A DNA stretch of 29,337 bases, from the IMG/VR virus record IMGVR_UViG_3300017735_000067, positions 1 through 29,337 of that record; one strand, written 5' to 3'. The notes under the pieces were generated by a model. That model was not told the DNA's origin. It searched no databases and saw nothing but the letters and a program-made list of their open reading frames with translations. Positions 23,024-29,337 of this stretch are shown here, piece by piece (the stretch's first letter is position 1; every line of letters starts with the position of its first letter). Source of the DNA: a virus. Its lineage: Duplodnaviria; Caudoviricetes. The position numbers and the translations under genes are program-made.

Positions 23024-24337
23024 ATGGAAGATATCCATGCTCCAGAGGCAGAATCCTCTGTGATAGCCAGTTGCTTGACTGAGGACAACGCGGATGTCTT
23101 TGACGAGATATCTAGGACAATAACCAAGGGTGATTTTTATGACTACAAGAATTCTATAATTTTTGACTGCATTGGTCGCATTATTAATTCTGGTCAAGAA
23201 CCCAACGAAGTTACTCTAACCGAAGAACTCCGAAAGATAAACGAACTGGAGAACGTAGGTGGTCTTCCTCATATCTTTGAGATAATGAGAAGCCCCTGCA
23301 CTTCCATGACTGGATTGACTGCATCCAAAATTGTTCGCGACAAGAGTCGTGCTAGACAATTGAATAGGATGTATAAGCTCAAGCTAGAAAACTTGAAGGA
23401 GGGTCTGGACTTAGCTGACATAACTTCCAGCACGGAATCCGAACTCCGCAAGATCATGGCTGATAGCGGTGAGTCTAACACCTTGGAGATTGCATCCAAG
23501 GAACTCAAGGAGAGGCTTCATAGCATTCTAGATGGGACTTATGTAGCTAACAAAATACCCACGGGCATCGGTCACTTGGACGAGAAGCTAGACGAGGGGG
23601 GTATTGGCAGGGGCGAGGTTTGCGTAATCGCGGCTCCAACTTCCTGCGGAAAATCCCAGCTAGCTCTGAATCTCGTTCTCCGTGCGAGTATCGTTGATAG
23701 CATCCCTAGCTTAATCTTTAGCTTTGAGATGCCAGCTAACCAGCTAGCTAAGAGAATAACCCAGACTGCTTCCGCGGTCAATCTTAGACGCTATGTTGAT
23801 AAAGTGGCAACTCCCAATGAGATAAAGGCAGTTGATGAGGCTATAGATAAGGTCGGCAAGGCTCCTATATATACGGAACACTATGTCAGAAATATCGATG
23901 ATCTCCGATCCAAGGCTCGCATGATGAAACGCAAGCACGACATCAAGGTTATCGTTGTTGACTATCTTCAGCTTATTCCGTTTGACTCCAAGCTCAGTAA
24001 GCACGAAGGTATATCTCAAGCCTCGCACGGCATCAAGCAAATGGCTATGGAGTTGGACGTAACAGTTATACTTCTAGCTCAAATCAATAGGACTGGAGCC
24101 ATGCGTGAGACTGGACTTGTCCTATACGACCTAAAGGATTCTGGAGATATTGAGAATGATGCGGACATCGTGCTTCTTATGTATCCTCACGGTGGAGATG
24201 TCGATACCTGTAGAGAAACGGGGAGCGACGGATCGTCGTATCTAAGGATGGATTACAACGTAGCTAAAAATCGCGAAGGAGAGCGTGACCTAAAGGGTCA
24301 TTTCAAATTCTTAAACCACATTGGAAGATTCCAATAA
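23024..24337 (+). CDS. dnaB: Replicative DNA helicase DnaB
   Basis: EAESSVIA N-domain, AAPTSCGKS, FSFEM, VVDYLQL, LAQINR, DLKDSGDIENDAD, AKNREG. Confidence 0.96.
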   Translation: MEDIHAPEAESSVIASCLTEDNADVFDEISRTITKGDFYDYKNSIIFDCIGRIINSGQEPNEVTLTEELRKINELENVGGLPHIFEIMRSPCTSMTGLTASKIVRDKSRARQLNRMYKLKLENLKEGLDLADITSSTESELRKIMADSGESNTLEIASKELKERLHSILDGTYVANKIPTGIGHLDEKLDEGGIGRGEVCVIAAPTSCGKSQLALNLVLRASIVDSIPSLIFSFEMPANQLAKRITQTASAVNLRRYVDKVATPNEIKAVDEAIDKVGKAPIYTEHYVRNIDDLRSKARMMKRKHDIKVIVVDYLQLIPFDSKLSKHEGISQASHGIKQMAMELDVTVILLAQINRTGAMRETGLVLYDLKDSGDIENDADIVLLMYPHGGDVDTCRETGSDGSSYLRMDYNVAKNREGERDLKGHFKFLNHIGRFQ

Positions 24338-24367
24338 TTCACACAAACCAACAATAAATAAAATAAT

Positions 24368-24565
24368 ATGTCACAAAAAGACTCAGCAATGCTATTCAAA
24401 CCAGACACCGAACAGGTTCTAGTAAGGGGACTCAACGCAATGACCAAGGCTTGCGATGCCCTAACAAAACAAAACGAAAGTCTCAATCACGATATTGAGA
24501 AGATGAAAAACAAGATAGCTAGGTTGCAGGAACGCATCCTCACTAATGACTCTGAGAAGGAGTAG
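24368..24565 (+). CDS. Small coiled-coil protein
   Basis: 65 aa heptad pattern; A-rich leader. Confidence 0.7.
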   Translation: MSQKDSAMLFKPDTEQVLVRGLNAMTKACDALTKQNESLNHDIEKMKNKIARLQERILTNDSEKE

Positions 24566-24604
24566 CCAAAAACTTGACAAACTCCACGAATTTTAAACAA
24601 TTTG

Positions 24605-24613
24605 TGTTATAAT
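24605..24613 (+). promoter_or_regulatory. Extended -10 promoter (TGTTATAAT), near-leaderless HNH mRNA
   Basis: Ends 8 nt before the ATG at 24622; a separate TTGACA lies at 24574. Confidence 0.6.
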
Positions 24614-24621
24614 TCTAATCT

Positions 24622-24846
24622 ATGCCTAGAAACTACAGAAAAGAATACGATAATTACCAGAGCAAACCAGAGCAAAGAAAACGTAATGACGCACGAAAAA
24701 AATCAAGACGCAAGATGGTTAAAGCCGTTGGCAAGTCAAAACTCCGTGGCAAGGACGTTGATCACAAGGATCGCAACCCTCGTAATACCTCTCGTAAAAA
24801 CCTGCGTATTCAAACAAAGAAGAAAAATCGTTCTAGGAATAAATAA
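24622..24846 (+). CDS. Small basic HNH-like protein
   Basis: DVDHKDRNPRN...NL.......NR HNH/HNN pattern. Confidence 0.75.
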   Translation: MPRNYRKEYDNYQSKPEQRKRNDARKKSRRKMVKAVGKSKLRGKDVDHKDRNPRNTSRKNLRIQTKKKNRSRNK

Positions 24847-24930
24847 TTTATTGGTAAGCCAGCTAAGTAATTTCTGGCGGGTGGGTGCGTGTCGCTTTCC
24901 CCCCTTATTGATTCCAGTAAAACAAATAGT

Positions 24931-24968
24931 CTCTCCACCTTTTAACGAGGGTGGGGAGCTTTATTTTT
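24931..24968 (+). terminator. Rho-independent terminator
   Basis: CTCTCCACCTTT / GAGGGTGGGGAG stem followed by a T-rich tail. Confidence 0.65.
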
Positions 24969-24974
24969 AATACT

Positions 24975-25511
24975 ATGGACTGGACTAAGGGCAAAGATTG
25001 GACAAAAGATGGCTCTTGGGACAGGGGTCAAAAGACCGAACACGGAAGATTTTTGCGAGTTCTATCTATAATAGATAGCAACCCTAAGTCCTCCACTAGA
25101 GAAGAGCAGTTCGATCACATTGACTGGCACACTTCTATTGGGACAGTGGATGTTAAGGCTAGGAAAAAGATGTCCAGAAGTGGTAAGCTACAGGACGAAT
25201 ATATGTGGGTCGAATTTAGAAACACCTGCGGAAGAGATGGGTGGTTGTTCGGCAAGCAGGACTGGGTGGCATTTGAGATGCAGGACGGATTTAATTTCGT
25301 AAAAACCAAGGATTTGCTAAAGCTAGCTAATGAGCTTTGTGACACAAAAACATTTGTAAGCACTGCGAGGGACGCACTCTATAAGGCATACCAGCGAAAG
25401 CACACGGATGATGTTATATCCATGATAAAGTTTTCGGACTTGAATAGGATTCCGCATCTCTTTATTAAGGACGCGGACATTGATCCCGTGGACTCCAACT
25501 GCTTTATCTGA
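24975..25511 (+). CDS. PD-(D/E)XK restriction-endonuclease-like phage protein
   Basis: HID...VDVKA, WVEFRN..G..GWL.G..D..AFE pattern; start MDWTKG at 24975. Confidence 0.7.
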   Translation: MDWTKGKDWTKDGSWDRGQKTEHGRFLRVLSIIDSNPKSSTREEQFDHIDWHTSIGTVDVKARKKMSRSGKLQDEYMWVEFRNTCGRDGWLFGKQDWVAFEMQDGFNFVKTKDLLKLANELCDTKTFVSTARDALYKAYQRKHTDDVISMIKFSDLNRIPHLFIKDADIDPVDSNCFI

Positions 25512-25513
25512 GC

Positions 25514-28500
25514 TTAATCCCTGAGCCTAGATAATTTTTCTTCGACCTCTACGCCCTTGCCCCCTTGCCAGTAATAAATCTTTCCAACTAGTGGGAAGTA
25601 TTTAGCACTACGCATTTCGGAGATGGTATTTAAATCCCCAATATCCTTGGTTATGTCATTGACGATACCAAACTGTGGGGGAGCTACGAAACTTATAAGA
25701 GCGTCTCCTACCCCCTGATTTCTAGCTACAACGGCGGTATACTTGGTTACACCGAACATTCTGAGTAGTGTATTCCACATGAAATCCTCCTCGTCTATCT
25801 CTCGGTTGAATAGGATTGCCTTGAGAACATCTGCGGAACCATTAGCTAGAGCCGAAAAGGCAAGTATCCTCACCATATTTACGGAAGCACCCGCTATTCT
25901 TTTGGGGTCTTTATTGACGATGCCCTCAGTTAGCTCGACGTAAGTTTTTTCCCGCAGGAAATTAAACTGTTTAATAGTGTAGGATTTTAAGCTGTATAGG
26001 ATACGCAGATTTGGGTTCGCGGCATAATTTTCTGGCATTTCTGTCAGAGATATGGGAGCTACGTCAGCTAGCTCATTATATAAAGCCTCCACGACTAGGT
26101 CGCTTTTTACTCCATTCTTGAGGTCTGCGATTGTTTTGTAAGCGTCGTCCCCCTGAGTTCTTTTGAGTCTAGCTAGCGTCTTCTTATACTTGTTGGTATT
26201 CTGACCAGCCTTAGCTCCCCGCGTAAGAACCTTGTATGCGGCATTGATATTTGTATTCTTAGCTAGCCTATCCATGGCTGTCAGTCCAGTTAACCTGAAG
26301 ACTGTCCGCACGCTGTTCGCAAACATACCTGCACCCTGCTCGTTTTCGATGGATACCATGTCCTTAGCTAGACCCAAGTCCTCAATGGTAAATTCTTTTC
26401 TGCCCATTACGGACTCAATCGTTGGAATTAATCCATTCTGAACCATTGTGAAGTAGAAATCACCTAGCTGAGTAAGAGCAGACCCTGGATTTCCCATGGT
26501 AGCTAGGTAGCCAGCGTTCTTTACACCCTTTACAAATCCATACTGACGACCGTGTTGACCGAATCTAGCGGCAACTGCTCCCTGAATAACCTCTATCTGG
26601 TCTTGGCGTAGTCGTCCCTGTTTAGCTAGACCATCCATTACTTCGCCCAGCCTGCCAGAAACCGCCTCTGCTCCCTGAGTTTTTCCAGATGCCGCATCCC
26701 CAATTAACTTCTTGGTCTCTATGGCGTTAACCATTTTTTCAAGGTAGCTATCAAGAGCTAGCTCTGGTGAAGCGTAGTAACCCAACTGGTCGAGTCCAAT
26801 AAGGGAGATGCGTCGTTCTTTAATATTGCTAGGATCGTTTACTCCTCCGCGATATAGCTTTGACCTAGCTAGCTTTTCATACATCATCTGGCGTTCTGTT
26901 CCCGAAAGCGTTTGACCAGTCATGTTTTCATACCTGCGTATCTCCTGATCAACAATGCCAGTGGGCATACCAAAGGACTTCTTTAGACCCTCTAAGTCCT
27001 GCACGAGCCTAGGGAAGTAGTTGTCAATGAAGTTGGAGTCCAGTCCCAGCGTTTGATACTCTTCCTTAATTGTATTTAGAATGGTTCTAACTTGCCTGTA
27101 GTTGTCTACCATTCCGTATTGCTGGAGTATAGCCATGCCCTCGTCGGACAATCCTCGGATCATTTCCTCCTCTGTAGCTATCTGCTCTGCACTGCGGTCG
27201 AATCGACCCGTGTTTTTCTGATATCGTATATCTGATTCGCTTGAGCTATACGCCCCAGTGTTAGCTGTAGCGGACTTTATCATGTTGGGGGCAAACACAG
27301 CTAGCGTTTCGTGTTCTGCGTCTGAACCCTTTGCAGATGCCTCCTCGGACAAGAGCATTGTGTCATAGCCCTTGGTCTTCAAGAAGTCCACCATGGGCTT
27401 GTTTTCATAAACAGTCCAGTTGCCAACCCTGTATCTACCTTGACGTATTAATTCGTTGGTTGCGTCCACCTCGCTTTGTATTCCAGTTTTTTGGGCTTGT
27501 TCTAAAACAAAGTCCTCCGCCATTTGGAAATCAACTCTGGGATCAAATATTTTTTTAGAATTTAAATACACTGGGTATATGGCTGTATCAATAACAGAAT
27601 CGCTCATCCTAGATTTTCTGGGATGCTTCTCATACATTTCTTCGTAGTATGGACTTACACCTCCAGCTGTAGTGTCTTCTTCTCTTTGGACACGATTCCA
27701 GTCTACGGAACGCTCCCACGCCTTATCCTCCTCGCGTTCTCTGGCTCTTCTTTCTTCCCTTTGCTTGATTCCAGCTGGGCTTTTCCTGTCTCGTATTCCA
27801 CCAGTTCCCCTGACCCAGTTTTCTGCAAACTCTGGGTTAGTGCTAAAGAAAATAAGACCCTCTGACCTAGCTGATTTAAATGAAGTTATGTCGTCCTGCT
27901 TGCTTCCATGATAAAGAACCATTGCCTCGCCATCCTCATGCTTTAGCACCCCATCCCCAAACCACTTTCTAAATGCTTGAGTTCCACGAACCTTCTGGTT
28001 CTTTCGGATTCTCTTAGCACCCCTCGCCATTTGTTCTGCGGTAGCTGGCTTTTTATTTCTTTCTATGGCATCCGCTACTTGCTCTGGGGTGGGTGTTCTA
28101 AATTGTTTTCCCTTAAAGGTCATTGCACCAGTGGCTCCCCCAGTCAGCTTAGAAGTATTTAAACCATATCCCTTAGCTACGGATTCCGCTGTTTCCATGT
28201 CTGGTATTGTAACTACACCTTTCTTGGTCGCGTCTCCTATCTTCTTTGCGGTTCCTTTTTTTCCATAAAGATATTCCTCATATGATTGACGTTTTAGCTC
28301 ATTTAGAAAGTCCGTGTTCATTACGTCTTCTAAATTAACTTTGATGTCTGGAGTTCCCAAAAATTCACCAGCTATACCATACTCATAAGTGTTGTGTATT
28401 CCCGCTGTTTTTTCAGCAGTATAATTTCCGTTGGGTTTAAATGCCGCGTATATATCACGCAAACCAAATTCATTGTGCGTTAAATGTGCATCAACAAGAT

Positions 28501-29337
28501 CAGCGTTGCTGGGCATGAGTTCCTCTAAAATTTTTCTAACGGAATTTGAATTCGTTGAATTCAATCGTTTCTTCATGCTTTCCATGAAGATTCTTTTGAC
28601 GGTTCCATCCGAATTATTTATAACTGTATCGGGGTCAGAATACTGATTGAGAAATTTGTTTGCCATTGCTCTATCTAAGCTCTGAGCATCTTTTTTAGCT
28701 AGGATAGTTTTTGCAAACTTTTCTACACTTCCGTATTTTGATATAATATTATCGTAGAATATTGTAGCTGGAACCTTGTTGAAATAGTGCATTGTTTCTG
28801 GGTCTCCAGAAAAAATCATAACAACATCGGACTTACTTGCGGCTTGAACCGCCCCAGCCTGAGTGCTTGACCACACATAATCCTTGGCTTTGCCTTTTTT
28901 GTTTTTAGCAAAACCCAAACCAGCATCCAAGAAGTATTTCTTTCCGCTTACTGGGCTAGTATAATCGCCAATCCCCATCTGATCAGCACCCCAAAAAGTT
29001 ACAGTTAAATTGTTAGTAACAATATCGTCCAGTAGTGCCAGCATATCAAAGGAATCACTGCTATCTACGTTAGAATTCTTTCTGGGCTTTAGATCAAAGT
29101 CCACCCTAGGAGCCTGAGTTAAATCCTTTATCTGTAGCTTAGAACCCCTTATGGGTGCTGATATCGGACCCCCTATGCCATCCTTGGTGTCCCTGCTAAC
29201 CCCTTCGGTAAGAGCCTCTGTTTCCCCAGAAAAACGGGCAAAGGCATTCAACTGTTCAATAACCTCGGCATCCGTTTCCGCTTGCTTAAATGCACCCTGC
29301 ATTCCCAGTGCTTGCATTACTTGGTTAATCCACACCT
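25514..29337 (-). CDS. Giant virion/ejection (polyvalent) protein with ADP-ribosyltransferase-like domain; 5' end outside the window
   Basis: More than 1270 aa open to the edge; FRKWFGD...YHGS...FFS...A...YPVYL...GYD...VF.PN.IKS segment; helical C-terminal region. Confidence 0.75.
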   Translation of the reverse strand, partial: VWINQVMQALGMQGAFKQAETDAEVIEQLNAFARFSGETEALTEGVSRDTKDGIGGPISAPIRGSKLQIKDLTQAPRVDFDLKPRKNSNVDSSDSFDMLALLDDIVTNNLTVTFWGADQMGIGDYTSPVSGKKYFLDAGLGFAKNKKGKAKDYVWSSTQAGAVQAASKSDVVMIFSGDPETMHYFNKVPATIFYDNIISKYGSVEKFAKTILAKKDAQSLDRAMANKFLNQYSDPDTVINNSDGTVKRIFMESMKKRLNSTNSNSVRKILEELMPSNADLVDAHLTHNEFGLRDIYAAFKPNGNYTAEKTAGIHNTYEYGIAGEFLGTPDIKVNLEDVMNTDFLNELKRQSYEEYLYGKKGTAKKIGDATKKGVVTIPDMETAESVAKGYGLNTSKLTGGATGAMTFKGKQFRTPTPEQVADAIERNKKPATAEQMARGAKRIRKNQKVRGTQAFRKWFGDGVLKHEDGEAMVLYHGSKQDDITSFKSARSEGLIFFSTNPEFAENWVRGTGGIRDRKSPAGIKQREERRAREREEDKAWERSVDWNRVQREEDTTAGGVSPYYEEMYEKHPRKSRMSDSVIDTAIYPVYLNSKKIFDPRVDFQMAEDFVLEQAQKTGIQSEVDATNELIRQGRYRVGNWTVYENKPMVDFLKTKGYDTMLLSEEASAKGSDAEHETLAVFAPNMIKSATANTGAYSSSESDIRYQKNTGRFDRSAEQIATEEEMIRGLSDEGMAILQQYGMVDNYRQVRTILNTIKEEYQTLGLDSNFIDNYFPRLVQDLEGLKKSFGMPTGIVDQEIRRYENMTGQTLSGTERQMMYEKLARSKLYRGGVNDPSNIKERRISLIGLDQLGYYASPELALDSYLEKMVNAIETKKLIGDAASGKTQGAEAVSGRLGEVMDGLAKQGRLRQDQIEVIQGAVAARFGQHGRQYGFVKGVKNAGYLATMGNPGSALTQLGDFYFTMVQNGLIPTIESVMGRKEFTIEDLGLAKDMVSIENEQGAGMFANSVRTVFRLTGLTAMDRLAKNTNINAAYKVLTRGAKAGQNTNKYKKTLARLKRTQGDDAYKTIADLKNGVKSDLVVEALYNELADVAPISLTEMPENYAANPNLRILYSLKSYTIKQFNFLREKTYVELTEGIVNKDPKRIAGASVNMVRILAFSALANGSADVLKAILFNREIDEEDFMWNTLLRMFGVTKYTAVVARNQGVGDALISFVAPPQFGIVNDITKDIGDLNTISEMRSAKYFPLVGKIYYWQGGKGVEVEEKLSRLRD

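Noticed and set aside
24602-24970. 122-aa ORF overlapping the HNH gene
   Set aside because: Alternative frame starting in the promoter and crossing a terminator; the 24622 frame has the recognisable motif

Overview
This window is most of a tailed-phage (podovirus-like) genome with two divergent arms. Minus strand 1-13520 is the morphogenesis and lysis arm: putative terS, terL, portal, four very basic proteins, scaffold, major capsid, adaptor, tail fibre and holin-like genes. A repeat-rich non-coding control region (about 13520-14430) separates it from the plus-strand arm. That arm starts with an early operon (14160-18990: two small ORFs, a MoxR/CobS-like AAA+ ATPase, a vWA/HExxH partner and a SleB-like hydrolase). 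A replication and recombination block follows (initiator, exonuclease, Endo VII, ERF, SSB-like, dNTP diphosphohydrolase, DnaB, HNH, nuclease). The window ends in a truncated giant minus-strand virion protein carrying an ADP-ribosyltransferase-like domain. The standout observation is three complete, mutually covarying type II hammerhead ribozymes punctuating the early operon. Each is fused to a near-identical 30-37 nt translation leader and one gene, forming a ribozyme-delimited cassette array whose excised RNAs could re-form a hammerhead on circularisation. Other notable signals are a duplicated iteron/origin-like element, a TACTATGGAC motif bracketing the early operon, strong TAGCTA enrichment and local GATC enrichment. 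All protein calls come from motif recognition by eye; no database searches were run, and k-mer counts are manual.
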